64,000 nucleotides of DNA from Deltaproteobacteria bacterium. Lineage in GTDB: Bacteria > Desulfobacterota > Binatia > UBA12015. Below are positions 38,313 to 51,493 of the stretch, piece after piece; position 1 is the stretch's first letter; each line of letters starts with the position of its first letter. The stretch is from assembly GCA_046583355.1 (NCBI GenBank), contig JAYGCM010000018.1, positions 1,302 to 65,301 on the forward strand, read 5' to 3'. The position numbers and the translations under genes are program-made. The notes under the pieces were generated by a model. That model made no database searches and had not been told where the DNA came from. It saw only the letters and a program-made list of their open reading frames with translations.

Positions 38313-40223
38313 TCAGATATCGACGTCCGCTACTGCGGTCGCACGTTCCATGATGAGCTCGTAGCGCGGCGCGACATCCTTGCCCATCAGGGCTCGGATC
38401 ATCGTATCGGTGCTCTCGGCATCGTCGATCGTCACGCGCAGCATGGAGCGCGTGTCGGGGTCCAGCGTGGTGAGCTTCAAGGTCTTGGGGTTCATCTCGC
38501 CCAGGCCCTTGAAGCGGGTGATCTGCGGCGTCGCGCGGCTTTTGCTGCGCGCGATGAAAGCAGCCTTTTCTTCTTCGTCCTGCGCCCAGCAGGTCTCTTT
38601 GCCGATATCGACCCGGTAGAGCGGTGGCACTGCAAGATAGAGGTGCCCGCCGGCGATCAACTGCGGCATATGGCGGTAGAAGAAGGTCATCAGCAAAGTG
38701 GCAATATGATGCCCGTCGGAATCGGCGTCCATCAGGAGGATGAGCTTGTGGTAGCGCAGCTTGGAGGCGTCAAAGTCGTTGCCCAAACCGCAGCCCATCG
38801 CCTTCACGATGTCCGAGAGTTCCGCGTTGGCAAGCACCTTCGCGCGCGAGGCGGTTTCGGTATTCAGAACCTTGCCGCGCAAGGGCAGGATCGCCTGAAA
38901 TTTTCGATCACGGCCCTGCTTGGCCGAGCCGCCGGCGGAGTCGCCCTCGACCAGGAAGAGCTCTGATTTCCGCGGGTCGGTCGAGGAGCAATCGGCGAGT
39001 TTTCCGGGCAGGTTCAGGCGATGCGAGACCGCGCTTTTGCGCGTCACCTCTTTGGCCGCAGCACGCGAGGCGCTGCGCGCCCGCGCTGCCAGCACGACGC
39101 GACTGGCAATCGCCTCGGCCGAAGAGCGGTGCCCGTTGAGCCAGTTTTCGAGCGCGTTGCGGATGAAGGAATCGACCGCGCTCGCGGCTTCGGGGTTGTT
39201 CAAGCGACCCTTGGTCTGGCCCTGGAATTGCGGCTCGGGAAGAAAGCAGGAAAGAATTCCGACGACGCCTTCGCGGACATCGTCAGCAGTAATCGCGACG
39301 CCACGCGGCACCAGATTATGGATGTCGAGGTAGTTGCGCACTGCTTTCACCAGACCGGATTTCAGACCGTTCTCATGTGTGCCACCGTCGGTGGTGGGGA
39401 TGCTGTTGACGAACGACGAAATTCCCTCGGTCGGGTCCTCGGTCCAGGCCAGCGCGCAATCAATATGAATCCCCTTGCCGTCCTTGGTGGAGTGGAAGAT
39501 CTCGGCGGGTATTCGCTTTTGCTTGCGCCTCTCGATCTGCTTCTCGAGGTAGGCCCGGATGCCTTCCTCGTAATGGTAGAGATGCTTCTCGCCCGTCGTT
39601 TTGTCGTCAAAAACGACATGCAGACCTTTGTGCAGATAAGCCTTCGACTCCAGCCGTTCGGCGATCGTTGCTGAATTAAACCTGACGTTGCCGAAAATAT
39701 CGGGGTCGGGATGGAACTCGATCTCGGTTCCCGTGCCGCGGATTTTTCTGCCCTTCTTGAGCTTGGTCGTCGGCTTGCCGCGTGAGAATTTCTGCTCGAA
39801 TTCGTGGCCGTCGCGGCGGACCCGTACCGTCATCACATCCGAGAGGGCGGTTACGACGGAGGCGCCGACGCCATGCAAGCCACCGGAGTGGAAATAGTTG
39901 GTTGCCTCGAACTTGCCGCCGGCGTGCAGGGTGGTGAGGATCAGTTCCAGCGCAGGCTTGCGATATTTCTTGTGCATATCGACGGGGATGCCACGCCCGT
40001 CGTCGCGGACGCTGAGGGTCTCGCCGTCCTTCGCGAGTACGACCTCTATCTTCTCGCAATGGCCGTTCATGGCCTCGTCGACTGAGTTGTCGACAATCTC
40101 CCAAAGAAGGTGGTGCAATCCGGTCGCGTTGACGCCGCCGATGTACATGCCGGGCCGCTTGCGCACCGGCTCCAATCCCTCCAGGACCGTAATATCCTTG
40201 GCTGTATACTCTTTTGCCACCAC
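38313..40223 (-). CDS. parE: type IIA topoisomerase B subunit (probably topoisomerase IV ParE)
   Basis: GLEPVRKRPGMYIGG, EIVDNSVDEA, Toprim and C-terminal domains; ~637 aa. GTG start chosen just downstream of GGAGG. Confidence 0.75.
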   Translation of the reverse strand: MVAKEYTAKDITVLEGLEPVRKRPGMYIGGVNATGLHHLLWEIVDNSVDEAMNGHCEKIEVVLAKDGETLSVRDDGRGIPVDMHKKYRKPALELILTTLHAGGKFEATNYFHSGGLHGVGASVVTALSDVMTVRVRRDGHEFEQKFSRGKPTTKLKKGRKIRGTGTEIEFHPDPDIFGNVRFNSATIAERLESKAYLHKGLHVVFDDKTTGEKHLYHYEEGIRAYLEKQIERRKQKRIPAEIFHSTKDGKGIHIDCALAWTEDPTEGISSFVNSIPTTDGGTHENGLKSGLVKAVRNYLDIHNLVPRGVAITADDVREGVVGILSCFLPEPQFQGQTKGRLNNPEAASAVDSFIRNALENWLNGHRSSAEAIASRVVLAARARSASRAAAKEVTRKSAVSHRLNLPGKLADCSSTDPRKSELFLVEGDSAGGSAKQGRDRKFQAILPLRGKVLNTETASRAKVLANAELSDIVKAMGCGLGNDFDASKLRYHKLILLMDADSDGHHIATLLMTFFYRHMPQLIAGGHLYLAVPPLYRVDIGKETCWAQDEEEKAAFIARSKSRATPQITRFKGLGEMNPKTLKLTTLDPDTRSMLRVTIDDAESTDTMIRALMGKDVAPRYELIMERATAVADVDI

Positions 40224-40306
40224 ACCACCTCCGCTATGAACCCGGGCAGGAATAACCCGAAACGACTCCGATCGCGAGCACTCTCCCCACGCGCTGACGA
40301 GAGCGA

Positions 40307-41440
40307 TCAATCCAAAGCGAAACGCTCCGGCGCCAGGCGGGCTGCGTCGAAACATGAGGTGCGTCCCGAGGCGATCAATTCGGCAGCAATCCGCGCATAG
40401 GCCGGGCTGGTCTCGATGCCGGCCCCTCCCTGGCCGGCGAGCCAGAAGAAGCCCGGTCGCCGTGGGTCGGCGCCGATAACAGGCGCTCCGTCTGGGGCAA
40501 AGGTACGCAGGCCGGACCAGCGCGAGCGAATGGTCCGCGGCACAAGCGAGGGCGCAAGATCGCGCAATCGCTCGATCGCGGCGGCGATCGTCTCCTCGTC
40601 GGGACTCGGGTCGCAGGCCTGCATGGGAACCTGGTCCATCGGACTGAGCATCAACGAACCAGCCTCGGGCACGAAATAGACGTTATGCGGGTCGCTCCAG
40701 ACCATCGGCCAGTCCGCAAAATCGGCGTCGGCCGGGCCGGGAAAGGTAAAGAGCGAGCGGCGCTTCGGCTGCAAGGGAATCGGACTTGCTTCGGCCAATG
40801 CGCCGATATGCCCGGCCCAGGCGCCGGCGGCATTCACGACCAGGTCGGCACGCACATCGCCCTGGGGCAGACGCACGCCGACCACGCGGGGGCCATCGCG
40901 CAAAAGACCCGCCACCTCGGCGCCCAGGACCAACTCCGCCCCCGCGGCGCGGGCATGGCGCAGATAGCTTTGCAGAATCCCGTGTACATCCAAACGGCCA
41001 TCGTGAGCGATGAAGAGTCCGCCTGCGATCCCCGGTGCCGCCAGTACAGGCATCTTCGCCCGGCAAGAGGCTGCGGATAGGAGTTCAAATTCCAAGCCCC
41101 GGCTGCGCAACTCGGCCTCACGCGCTGCCAGCGCGGCCCAGCCCTCGGCGGCGAAGAGCGACAGGACGCCGATCGGGTTGAGCGGCGCGTCGGCGAAAAG
41201 GGCAGCTGGTGGATTGCGCCAGAAGCGCGAGCCGAGGATCTTCAGGTCGAGCACGACCTCGTTTTCATCAAACGCACTGATGGACGCAGCACTGCGGCCC
41301 GTCGCATGGACGGCGAGCTGAGTCTCACGCTCGAGAATCAGGACGTCTCCGATGCCCTCATCGGCAAGGAAAGAGGCGAGGGAGGCCCCGGCGATGCCGC
41401 CTCCAATGATGATCACGTCATAGCCGGCAGCTGGCTTCAT
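40307..41440 (-). CDS. FAD-dependent oxidoreductase (DAO family)
   Basis: N-terminal FAD motif DVIIIGGGIAGASLA; 377 aa. Confidence 0.8.
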   Translation of the reverse strand: MKPAAGYDVIIIGGGIAGASLASFLADEGIGDVLILERETQLAVHATGRSAASISAFDENEVVLDLKILGSRFWRNPPAALFADAPLNPIGVLSLFAAEGWAALAAREAELRSRGLEFELLSAASCRAKMPVLAAPGIAGGLFIAHDGRLDVHGILQSYLRHARAAGAELVLGAEVAGLLRDGPRVVGVRLPQGDVRADLVVNAAGAWAGHIGALAEASPIPLQPKRRSLFTFPGPADADFADWPMVWSDPHNVYFVPEAGSLMLSPMDQVPMQACDPSPDEETIAAAIERLRDLAPSLVPRTIRSRWSGLRTFAPDGAPVIGADPRRPGFFWLAGQGGAGIETSPAYARIAAELIASGRTSCFDAARLAPERFALD

Positions 41441-41691
41441 AGACTCGGAAGTATCAGAAAAAATCCCGGATTGCGGCGCGCGCTCTCCCTCTGGGCGGGA
41501 CAGATACCAAATCTGAGGATTGAGGGGGGCGCCGCGATGCTGCTACCATGGAGGTGCGACGCACCGACAAAGCAGGAGCACCGGTCCGCCTGGCAGCGGC
41601 CCGACTCGCAGAACGCTCCACTTTCCGTTTTATTCAGAGCGCGTTTACGGCCTTGGGCCGATTCACTTCAGGAAGCCGAGACACGATAATT

Positions 41692-42585
41692 ATGAGTATT
41701 CACGACGATCAGTTGAAAAAGGTGCAGAACGAGGACGGGTTTCTCGCAGCCCTGGACCAGAGCGGCGGCAGCACGCCGAAGGCACTCAAACTCTACGGCG
41801 TCGAAGAGAACGAATATTCCGGCGAAGCCGAGATGTTCGACCGCATCCACGCGATGCGCACGCGCATCATGGCGAGCTCGGTCTTCGGCGGCGATCGTAT
41901 TCTCGGCGCCATCCTCTTTGAGATGACAATGGATCGCAAAGTCGAGGGCCAGCACTCGGCGGCCTACCTCTGGAACGAGAAAAAGGTCGTCCCTTTCCTG
42001 AAGACCGACAAGGGCCTGGCGGACGAAGCAAATGGCGTACAGGTGATGAAGCCGATGCCGGATCTCGATGCGCTCTGCGAGCGTGCGGTTACCAAGGCGG
42101 TTTTCGGCACCAAGATGCGCTCGGTCGTGAAACTCGCCAATGCGCAGGGAATCGACGCGATTGTCGAGCAACAATTTGCTATTGGAAAGCAGATCATCGG
42201 GCATGGTCTGGTGCCCATCCTGGAGCCCGAAGTTGATATCCATAGCCCGGAAAAAGCACAGGCAGAGTCCTTGCTTCGTGCCGCTCTTCTCGCCCATGCC
42301 GGACAACTCGCCGACGACCAGCAAATCATGCTCAAGCTGACCTTGCCCGAAGAGGACGGCTTCTACACGGAACTGATCGATCATCCGCGCGTCATCAAGG
42401 TGGTCGCACTCTCGGGCGGCTACAGCCGTGACGAGGCAAACACGCGATTGGGCCGGAACAAGGGCATGATCGCGAGCTTCTCGCGCGCGCTGACGCAGGG
42501 GCTTTCGGCCAAGCAGAGCGACGCCGAGTTCGACAAAATGTTGGACGGCTCGATCGAGTCGATCTTCCAGGCCTCCCGCACATGA
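41692..42585 (+). CDS. fda: fructose-bisphosphate aldolase, class I (Fda/PRK05377 type)
   Basis: [52 protein letters not shown] match the staphylococcal-type class I FBA along its whole length. Confidence 0.85.
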   Translation: MSIHDDQLKKVQNEDGFLAALDQSGGSTPKALKLYGVEENEYSGEAEMFDRIHAMRTRIMASSVFGGDRILGAILFEMTMDRKVEGQHSAAYLWNEKKVVPFLKTDKGLADEANGVQVMKPMPDLDALCERAVTKAVFGTKMRSVVKLANAQGIDAIVEQQFAIGKQIIGHGLVPILEPEVDIHSPEKAQAESLLRAALLAHAGQLADDQQIMLKLTLPEEDGFYTELIDHPRVIKVVALSGGYSRDEANTRLGRNKGMIASFSRALTQGLSAKQSDAEFDKMLDGSIESIFQASRT

Positions 42586-44249
42586 GCTTCGAGCGAGACC
42601 GGCGCGGCCCCGGATCTGCGGGTCCGCCGCGCGACGATAGACGAGGACCGCCACGCGACTTCAGCCCCGGTGGACCGGGTCGCGACGACCGTCGTGGTCC
42701 GCCACGCGGGGATTTCCGTGGTCCGCCACGCGACGATAGACGAGGACCGCCACGCGACTTCAGCCCCGGTGGACCGGGTCGCGACGACCGCCGTGGTCCG
42801 CCGCGCGGGGATTTCCGTGGTCCGCCACGCGACGATAGACGAGGATCGCCGCGTGACTTCAGCCCCGGTGGGCCGGGCCGCGATGACCGCCGTGGCCCGC
42901 CGCGCGAGGATTTCCGTGGTCCGCCGCGCGACGATAGACGAGGACCGCCACGTGATTTTCGCGGCGAACCGCGCCGCGACGAAGGCAGACGCCCAGCCGA
43001 GGCGCGCGACGGCGGCAGCGAGCGGCCCGAACCCCGCAAGCCATTGCTGCGTCACGTTCCAAAAACAGACCAGGTTCAATGCCCGCATTGGCCCGCCTGC
43101 ATCGGCTGCCCGGGGATGGGGCGCTCCTATACGAAGCAATTGACCGTCAAGCATCAGAAGCTGGTGGATGCCTTTGCCGAGCATTCCGAACTCGAAGGCG
43201 TACAGATTCTCAGCCCGGTCGGGAGCCCACGGGCCACAGGCTACCGCAATCACGCCAAGCTCGTCTTCCGGGCGCGCCGCAACCGCGAAACGCTTGAGGA
43301 CGAAGTGATCCTTGGCGTCTTCAAGCCGGGCACCCATAGCGTCATGCCGGCCGATTCCTGTATTGTCCACCATCGCCGCCTGCAGCCGCTCCTGCGCGTG
43401 CTGCGCAGGGAAGTCGAGGAACTCGGGATTCCGATCTACGACGAGCGGACCGGGGAGGGTGCGCTGCGCTTCGCCTTGGCCCGGACCTCCGATATGGCCA
43501 GCCGAACCCATCTGACCCTGGTCTCCGCCACCGACAAGATCCAGAAATTGAACACCTTGGTGCTGCGCATGCAGCATAAGTTCAAGGAATTGGAGTCGGT
43601 CTTTCTCTGCGTGAACGCAGAGGGCGGCAACCAACTCCTGACCGATGATATCCGGCAGATCAAAGGCCCGCCGGCGCTGCGTGAGAAATTCGGCGACCTG
43701 ATTCTGGAGTCGCGCTCGGGCGCTTTCCTGCAGGCCAATACGGAGATTGCTTCCCGCATCTACGATACCGCAGCACGCTGGCTGGATGCTTGGGCGGCCG
43801 AGGGTGTCATCGACCTCTATTGCGGGGTGGGCGCGTTGGGTCTCGCCGCAGCAGGGCGCAATACGCGCCTGCTGGGCATCGAAGCGTCCAAGTCGGCGGT
43901 CGAATGCGCGACGGCGAATGCGAAACGCATGCAGCGTCATGGCGCTGAATTCGTCGCAGCACCTGCTGAAGATGTTGGTAAAATCGCGGCCGAAAAGGGC
44001 TTCGCAAAGCCGGCGGCACTGATCGTCAACCCGCCGCGGCGAGGTTTGAGTCAGGAAGCGGGTGACGCGATCCTGAAACTCGCGCCGCGCCGGATTCTCT
44101 ATGTCTCGTGTAACCTGGAGACATTGACGCGCGATCTACTCGCGTTCGTGCGCGAGGGCTGGGTGGTTAGCCGAGCACGTATGTTCGATATGCTGCCGCA
44201 AACGCCGCATATCGAGATCATGGTCCTGATGGAGCGTCGGGCTACCTGA
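42582..44249 (+). CDS. 23S rRNA (uracil-C5)-methyltransferase RlmD/RumA family with R/D/P-rich repetitive N-terminal extension
   Basis: ATGA overlap with the fda stop. Residues 14-125 are 16/17-aa RDDRRGPPR(G)DF... repeats. A 4-Cys cluster follows ([12 protein letters not shown]), then SAM-MTase motifs ([16 protein letters not shown]). Confidence 0.85.
   Translation: MSFERDRRGPGSAGPPRDDRRGPPRDFSPGGPGRDDRRGPPRGDFRGPPRDDRRGPPRDFSPGGPGRDDRRGPPRGDFRGPPRDDRRGSPRDFSPGGPGRDDRRGPPREDFRGPPRDDRRGPPRDFRGEPRRDEGRRPAEARDGGSERPEPRKPLLRHVPKTDQVQCPHWPACIGCPGMGRSYTKQLTVKHQKLVDAFAEHSELEGVQILSPVGSPRATGYRNHAKLVFRARRNRETLEDEVILGVFKPGTHSVMPADSCIVHHRRLQPLLRVLRREVEELGIPIYDERTGEGALRFALARTSDMASRTHLTLVSATDKIQKLNTLVLRMQHKFKELESVFLCVNAEGGNQLLTDDIRQIKGPPALREKFGDLILESRSGAFLQANTEIASRIYDTAARWLDAWAAEGVIDLYCGVGALGLAAAGRNTRLLGIEASKSAVECATANAKRMQRHGAEFVAAPAEDVGKIAAEKGFAKPAALIVNPPRRGLSQEAGDAILKLAPRRILYVSCNLETLTRDLLAFVREGWVVSRARMFDMLPQTPHIEIMVLMERRAT
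42620..42960. repeat. 99-bp tandem repeat (~3.3 copies) encoding the [33 protein letters not shown] super-repeat
   Basis: Near-identical 99-nt units visible directly in the DNA, inside the CDS. Confidence 0.8.
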
Positions 44250-44327
44250 CGCTCCCGCCTGCCTATCTCACCAGGATTGTCGTACGAGTGACCAATCCTG
44301 GTGAGGAACGCGGGTGAGCGGCTGGAA

Positions 44328-46649
44328 TCAGTCGCGGGCGCGTAGACCGGCTGGCTTGCCGCGCTTGACGACCTTATTGCCTTTGCCGCCTCGATTGATC
44401 GGGGGGAATTCCTTCACCGGCGTCTGGCGTGGGTTGCCGCCTTCAATCTCGATGATCAGCTTCTCGTTGATATCGGCCGTCACGGCACCCAATAAGCTCT
44501 CGCTTGGGTCCACACGCATCAGAATCACACCGCGTCCGACGCCGGCGAGTTCGGCCACATCACCGAGCGGAAAGCGCAGCCCCTTGCCGCCGGAGGCTAG
44601 ACAGACCACCTCGTCGCCGGCAATTTCGCTGACGACCACAAGTTGGTCGTCGGTGGCGACGCGTGCGAAGCGCCGCCCGGTTCGCGTGGTGGGGGAGAGT
44701 TCCGGCGCCGCCCGGAATCCGTAGCCACGCTCCGATGCGACCAGAATCGGCCGCGTTTCTTGTTCGAGTTCGATCACATCGTTTTTGGCGAAGAGTTCGG
44801 CCTGCGTTTTCTTCTCTTTCACACTCGGTGCGGGTAGCTCGGGCGCGTCTTCCTGGACCAGCATGGAGTAGAGGATTTTCTCGCGGTCCTTGAAGCGGAA
44901 AAGCGATTGGACGGGCTCGCCGTAGCCAGTGGTGGCGGGCAGGTCGGCCACCGCCGTGACGTAGAGGACGCCCTGCGTACTGAAGAAGGCAATCCGATCC
45001 TTGGTGGAACCGATATGCGTGGCCCACAAGGAATCGCCTTCACGAAGGCGTGGCTTGGCGCCTTCTTTGAGCTCGCGAACGCGTCGTATCCAGCCGTCTT
45101 TGGTGATGAGAACCGTGGCCTCTTCATGCACGATATAGGCATCCGGATCGTAGGCGAGATCTTCTTTGCCGCGCACGGAAGTGGCCGTGCGACGCTTGTC
45201 GCCGTGGTCTTCGCGAAGCTGCAACATCTCGTTACGGATCATGCCCCAGCGCGCCTTGGGACTCTTGAGCAGCTTTTCGACTTCTTTGAGACGCTTGGAT
45301 TTCGCGGCGAACTCTTCGCGAATTTTATCAATCTCGAGCTTGGCGAGCTGGTAGAGGCGGATCTCGAGGATCGCATCGGCCTGCACTTCGTCGAGTTCGA
45401 ATGCCTTGCAGAGCTTTTTGTTGGCATTGGCGCGGCTCTCGGCCTTGCGAATGATGCGGATGGCTAAATCGATATCACCATAGATCGCGATGAAGCCGGC
45501 CAGAATATGCAGGCGCTCCTGCAATTTGCGCTGCTCGAAGGCCAGCCGGCGCGTCACGACCTCGAGGCGGAAGTCAAGAAAGGAGCGGCAGAGTTCCAGC
45601 AACGAGACGCGACTGGGCTGTCCGGCCGGCGAGTCGGCCACCGGCGAGAGGCAGGTGAGGTTTACATGGAAGTTCACCTGCAGGTCGGAATGTTTGAAGA
45701 GATAGGCCATGGCGGCCTCGGGATCAGCGCCGGTCTTCAATTCCAGGACGATACGCACCTCGGCGGTTGATTCGTCACGAACATCGACCAGCAGGGGAAG
45801 TTTGCGATCGATGATCAAGTTGGCGATCTGCTCGATCAGGGTCGCCTTGTTCACCGCATAGGGAATCTCATGGACAATAATATGCTGCTTGCCGCGCGGC
45901 GCCTTCTCCATCTTCCAGGCACCGCGCAGCTTGAGCGGGCCGTGGCCGGTTTCGTAGATCGAGAGCAACTCGCCGCGGCTCGTGAGCAATTCGCCCGCCG
46001 TCGGGAAATCCGGGCCCTTGATATGCTTGAGCAGGTCCTTCACTTCGAGCTTGGGATCATCGATCAGGGCGATCAACGCGTCGCAAACCTCGTTGAGGTT
46101 ATGCGGCGGAATATTGGTCGCCATGCCGACGGCGATTCCGGTCGAGCCGTTGATCAGAAGCTGCGGCAGGCGACTGGGCAGGACGGAGGGCTCGTCGTTG
46201 GTGGCGTCGTAATTCGGTCGCCAGTCGACCGTGTCGGCGCCGAGGTCTTCGAGCAACTCCTCGGCAATCCGGGTGAGCTTCGCCTCGGTGTAGCGGTAGG
46301 CGGCCGGCGAGTCGCCGTCGAGCGAGCCGAAATTGCCCTGGCCGTTGACCAGCGGGTAGCGCAGCGAGAAATCCTGCGCCATACGAACCATCGCATCGTA
46401 AGCGGCCGTATCGCCATGCGGATGGTATTTGCCGATCACCTCGCCAACGATTTGTGCGGATTTCCGCGGCTTGGCCCCGGAGAGAAGGCGCAGGTTGCGA
46501 AACATAGCAAAGAGAATGCGCCGCTGGACGGGTTTCAAGCCATCGCGGACGTCGGGCAATGCCCGCGACGTGATGACCGAAAGCGCATAGCTCAGATAGC
46601 GGTGTTCGGCGGCCGTGCGTAGATCGGCGTCAGTGGCCTCGTTGCTCAT
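44328..46649 (-). CDS. parC: type IIA topoisomerase A subunit (probably topoisomerase IV ParC)
   Basis: [21 protein letters not shown], active-site region [10 protein letters not shown]; 773 aa, shorter than a typical GyrA. Confidence 0.8.
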   Translation of the reverse strand: MSNEATDADLRTAAEHRYLSYALSVITSRALPDVRDGLKPVQRRILFAMFRNLRLLSGAKPRKSAQIVGEVIGKYHPHGDTAAYDAMVRMAQDFSLRYPLVNGQGNFGSLDGDSPAAYRYTEAKLTRIAEELLEDLGADTVDWRPNYDATNDEPSVLPSRLPQLLINGSTGIAVGMATNIPPHNLNEVCDALIALIDDPKLEVKDLLKHIKGPDFPTAGELLTSRGELLSIYETGHGPLKLRGAWKMEKAPRGKQHIIVHEIPYAVNKATLIEQIANLIIDRKLPLLVDVRDESTAEVRIVLELKTGADPEAAMAYLFKHSDLQVNFHVNLTCLSPVADSPAGQPSRVSLLELCRSFLDFRLEVVTRRLAFEQRKLQERLHILAGFIAIYGDIDLAIRIIRKAESRANANKKLCKAFELDEVQADAILEIRLYQLAKLEIDKIREEFAAKSKRLKEVEKLLKSPKARWGMIRNEMLQLREDHGDKRRTATSVRGKEDLAYDPDAYIVHEEATVLITKDGWIRRVRELKEGAKPRLREGDSLWATHIGSTKDRIAFFSTQGVLYVTAVADLPATTGYGEPVQSLFRFKDREKILYSMLVQEDAPELPAPSVKEKKTQAELFAKNDVIELEQETRPILVASERGYGFRAAPELSPTTRTGRRFARVATDDQLVVVSEIAGDEVVCLASGGKGLRFPLGDVAELAGVGRGVILMRVDPSESLLGAVTADINEKLIIEIEGGNPRQTPVKEFPPINRGGKGNKVVKRGKPAGLRARD

Positions 46650-46785
46650 CCTCTTCCCCTCATCCCCTGAACATCCCGAGAGCGCTTGTAGGGGCTAGCG
46701 CCGCAATTCTCCAGCGCCGCGCAGCAGGCATGAAATCAGACCGGATATCTTGGCGGCACCGCCACCCGCTTGCTAACGGCCTTGG

Positions 46786-48636
46786 GTGCCTGCTGAATTG
46801 GAAAAGAAGGCGGATTCCGCCCGCCGCGCCGACCTCCGCAATATCGCGATCATCGCCCATGTTGACCACGGCAAGACCACTTTGGTCGATGCCATGCTGC
46901 ATCAGGCCGGAATCTTCCGGAAAAACCAGAAGGTCGCCGAGCGGGTCATGGATTCGGGCGCAATCGAACGCGAACGTGGCCTGACGATTCTGGCTAAAAA
47001 TACCGCCGTCGACTTCGACGGAGTGCGGGTCAATATCGTCGACACACCGGGACACGCGGATTTCGGCGGTGAGGTCGAACGCACGCTCGCGCTTGTCGAC
47101 GGCGTGTTGCTGCTGGTCGATTCCTCGGAAGGCCCGATGCCGCAGACACGCTTCGTCCTGCGCAAGGCGCTGGAAGCCGGCCTGCAGCCCATCGTCTGCA
47201 TCAACAAAATCGATCGCGCGGACGCTCGCATCGCCGAGGTCCTCGATGAGGTCTACGGGCTTTTCATCGACCTCGATGCCTCCGAAGACCAGTTGGAATT
47301 CCCGGTTGTCTACACCAACGCTCGGGAGGGCACGGCGACCACCGAACTCGAAAATCCGGCCACCGACCTGAGTACGCTCTTCCGGCTGATTCTCGACGAA
47401 CTGCCGGGCCCGATGGTCGATCCCACACGGCCGCTGCAATTCCAAGCCAATAATCTCGACTATGATGATTATATCGGCCGCCTCGCGGTGGGCCGCGTAG
47501 AGGCCGGCGAGCTGATCGTCGGCCAGACCTATGTGCTCTGCGGCGAGGGCGAGGCACGTCCTAAATTTCGCTTGACGAGACTCTTCGGCTGGCTCGGCCT
47601 TGAACGCCAAGCGATCGAGCGCGCCACCGCCGGCGATATCGTCGCGATTGCCGGCGTAGAAGAAATCCAGATCGGCGATACCGTAGCCGATCCAGAATCC
47701 CCCGTGCCGCTGCCGCGCCTACAGATCGACGAGCCGACCATCACGATGGTCTTCGCCGCCAATACCTCGCCCTGGGTCGGACGGGAGGGCAATTTCGTCA
47801 CATCACGAAAGCTCCGCGAGCGTCTCGAGCTGGAAGCCAAGCGCAATGTCAGCCTTCGCGTCGAAGACACCGACTCCCCCGAGCGCTTGCGTGTTTCCGG
47901 GCGAGGCGAGTTGCAACTCGCGATTCTGATCGAAACGATGCGGCGTGAAGGCTACGAGATCGAGGTCTCCAAGCCCGACGTCATTACCCGCGAAGTCGAT
48001 GGTAAAATTCACGAACCGATGGAAACCGCCATCATCGACCTGCCCGAGGAATTCATCGGCGTGGTGAGCCAACTCCTCTCCATGCGCAAGGGCGTGATGA
48101 ACCATATGAGTCCGCCGGCTTCCGGGCGTGTGCGCCTTGAGTTCGCCGTCCCCTCACGCGGGTTGATCGGCTTCCGCTCTCCCTTCCTCACCGACACCCG
48201 CGGCACCGGGATTCTGCATGCGGTCTTCAACGGCTGGACGCCCTGGGCCGGCGATATCCATCGCCGCACCAATGGCGCCATGGTGGCCGACCGCGAAGGA
48301 AAAACCACCGGCTACGCGCTCGACCATCTGCAGGAACGTGGCACGCTCTTCACCACCTCGGGGACGGCGGTCTACGCAGGCATGGTCGTTGGCGAGTATT
48401 CCCGCCAGGGTGACCTCGACATCAACGTCACCAAAGAGAAAAAGCAGACCAACGTCCGCGCCTCCGGCCGCGACGATGCGATCCGCCTGACGCCGCCGCG
48501 CCAGATGGGCTTGGAAGACGCGCTGGACTGGATCGGCGACGATGAACTCATCGAGGTCACGCCCAAATCGATCCGCATCCGCAAGCGCGTGCTGGACCAT
48601 ACCCAGCGGCCGAAGAAGCGCCGCTCGGCCTCCTGA
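46786..48636 (+). CDS. typA: translational GTPase TypA/BipA
   Basis: [35 protein letters not shown]-motifs; TypA-specific C-terminal domain; 616 aa. GTG start. Confidence 0.9.
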   Translation: MPAELEKKADSARRADLRNIAIIAHVDHGKTTLVDAMLHQAGIFRKNQKVAERVMDSGAIERERGLTILAKNTAVDFDGVRVNIVDTPGHADFGGEVERTLALVDGVLLLVDSSEGPMPQTRFVLRKALEAGLQPIVCINKIDRADARIAEVLDEVYGLFIDLDASEDQLEFPVVYTNAREGTATTELENPATDLSTLFRLILDELPGPMVDPTRPLQFQANNLDYDDYIGRLAVGRVEAGELIVGQTYVLCGEGEARPKFRLTRLFGWLGLERQAIERATAGDIVAIAGVEEIQIGDTVADPESPVPLPRLQIDEPTITMVFAANTSPWVGREGNFVTSRKLRERLELEAKRNVSLRVEDTDSPERLRVSGRGELQLAILIETMRREGYEIEVSKPDVITREVDGKIHEPMETAIIDLPEEFIGVVSQLLSMRKGVMNHMSPPASGRVRLEFAVPSRGLIGFRSPFLTDTRGTGILHAVFNGWTPWAGDIHRRTNGAMVADREGKTTGYALDHLQERGTLFTTSGTAVYAGMVVGEYSRQGDLDINVTKEKKQTNVRASGRDDAIRLTPPRQMGLEDALDWIGDDELIEVTPKSIRIRKRVLDHTQRPKKRRSAS

Positions 48637-49166
48637 CAAGCGTCTCATTGGCGAACTCATCCTGCCGCAGCCTTGGCATCTCTTCGACCACGAAGAGCAA
48701 GGCAGGATGGAACTTATGGAGCCGCGCGACCCCGCGGAATAGCTACCGCTTCCGCCTGGATTATAGACAGGGCGCGTTACGACCGATCAGGACAAATGCG
48801 CCCCAACGTCGAATCCAGCCACCGCTCAAGCCCCTGTTCTATAATGAGTTGGTGGTTGGCCTCCCGAGGCCTTCATGCATACTCCAACGCTATCCTCCTT
48901 GCTCTTCGGTCGAACGGATGCGGGCGCTTGCCCCATCCTGCGCACCGTCCTGGCGGCGATGGTGTTCGCCGTCCTGGGCTGGCACACATTCTTTCGACGA
49001 CGATACCGAACTCCAGATCTGGAACGTGCTTACGCAGGCGGGCCATCCCGAGGCGCAGGCAGCAGCGCCTCGTAGGCGCGCGGCGGCGCTCCGGGTCGAT
49101 TCGAATTTCGTCGGCGCGGGCTTGCGCCGAGCAGGCGTCTCGGCTGCGCGTGCGGACCGCCGAGTT

Positions 49167-50522
<1,356 letters not shown>

Positions 50523-50680
50523 CTCCCACGGCGCCGGCTCTCCGCATTTCTAGCTGCGATCCGGGACATTGAGCAAGCGTGAACTCGGGGGCGAACTTCC
50601 AATTCGGCAGGCCACCCGCCGGGCGGCATCGCATCGGGCCATATTGACCTCCTGCGAATCGCCGGATATTGACCAGCGCC

Positions 50681-51310
50681 ATGCAGATTCGAAAATGGTT
50701 CGTAATGTCCTTGCTCGCGGGGATCTCACTCGCGGCTTCCTCTTCGGTGGCCTTGGCGGAAGCCGAGAAAGCGGCGGCGCCAGCGGTGGCGGCAAATCCG
50801 GTCGTCGTGATCGTCACATCCAAGGGTACGATTGAGGCCGAGCTCTTTGCCGACAAGGCACCGACCTCGGTTGCGAATTTCCTCGCCTATACGAAGTCTG
50901 GGTTTTTCGATGGCACGATCTTCCATCGCGTGATTCCGAGTTTCATGATCCAGGGCGGCGGCATGCTGCCGAACCTCGCGCGCAAACCGGGCGTTTTGGC
51001 ACCGATCAAAAACGAGGCGACCAACGGATTGAAGAACGAGAAGGGGACCCTGGCCATGGCACGGACCGGCGTGGTCGATAGCGCGACTGCGCAATTCTTC
51101 ATCAACACGAAGAAGAACACCTTCCTCGACCACAAGAACCCCACCAAGAGCGGCTACGGCTATGCCGTCTTCGGCAAAGTGGTGTCGGGGATGGATGTCG
51201 TCCAGAAGATCGAAGACGTCCGCACAGCACGCAAGAACGGCATGGGCGACGTTCCCGTGGAGACCGTCCTGATCGAGTCTGTGCGCCTCAAAGACGCCGC
51301 ATCCCAATAG
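50681..51310 (+). CDS. ppiA: peptidyl-prolyl cis-trans isomerase, cyclophilin type (periplasmic)
   Basis: Signal peptide, then [14 protein letters not shown], cyclophilin fold motifs. Confidence 0.85.
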   Translation: MQIRKWFVMSLLAGISLAASSSVALAEAEKAAAPAVAANPVVVIVTSKGTIEAELFADKAPTSVANFLAYTKSGFFDGTIFHRVIPSFMIQGGGMLPNLARKPGVLAPIKNEATNGLKNEKGTLAMARTGVVDSATAQFFINTKKNTFLDHKNPTKSGYGYAVFGKVVSGMDVVQKIEDVRTARKNGMGDVPVETVLIESVRLKDAASQ

Positions 51311-51493
51311 GGGCCCAGAGCCCGAGATCAGCCCCGAAACCACAATATCTTGTGTTTCCCGGACCGCCGGCTTGCTAGATGCAGGGGTAGTTGATAGGCA
51401 GCGACATGGTTACTTCCTCGGTTGCACACACTCAATGCGGGGCAGATCGGAGCCCGGGTTCACGCCTGGGCTTCTGTCGTTTCGGGGGCTGAA

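Noticed and set aside
42420-43940. 506-aa minus-strand ORF
   Set aside because: Antisense shadow ORF of the RlmD-like gene. Its repetitive region is simply the reverse reading of the 99-bp repeats.
46660-47610. 316-aa minus-strand ORF
   Set aside because: Antisense to typA.
48875-49075. 66-aa ORF with one hydrophobic segment in the gene-free gap
   Set aside because: No RBS, atypical composition, and no conservation signal that can be judged from sequence alone. Left as unannotated intergenic.
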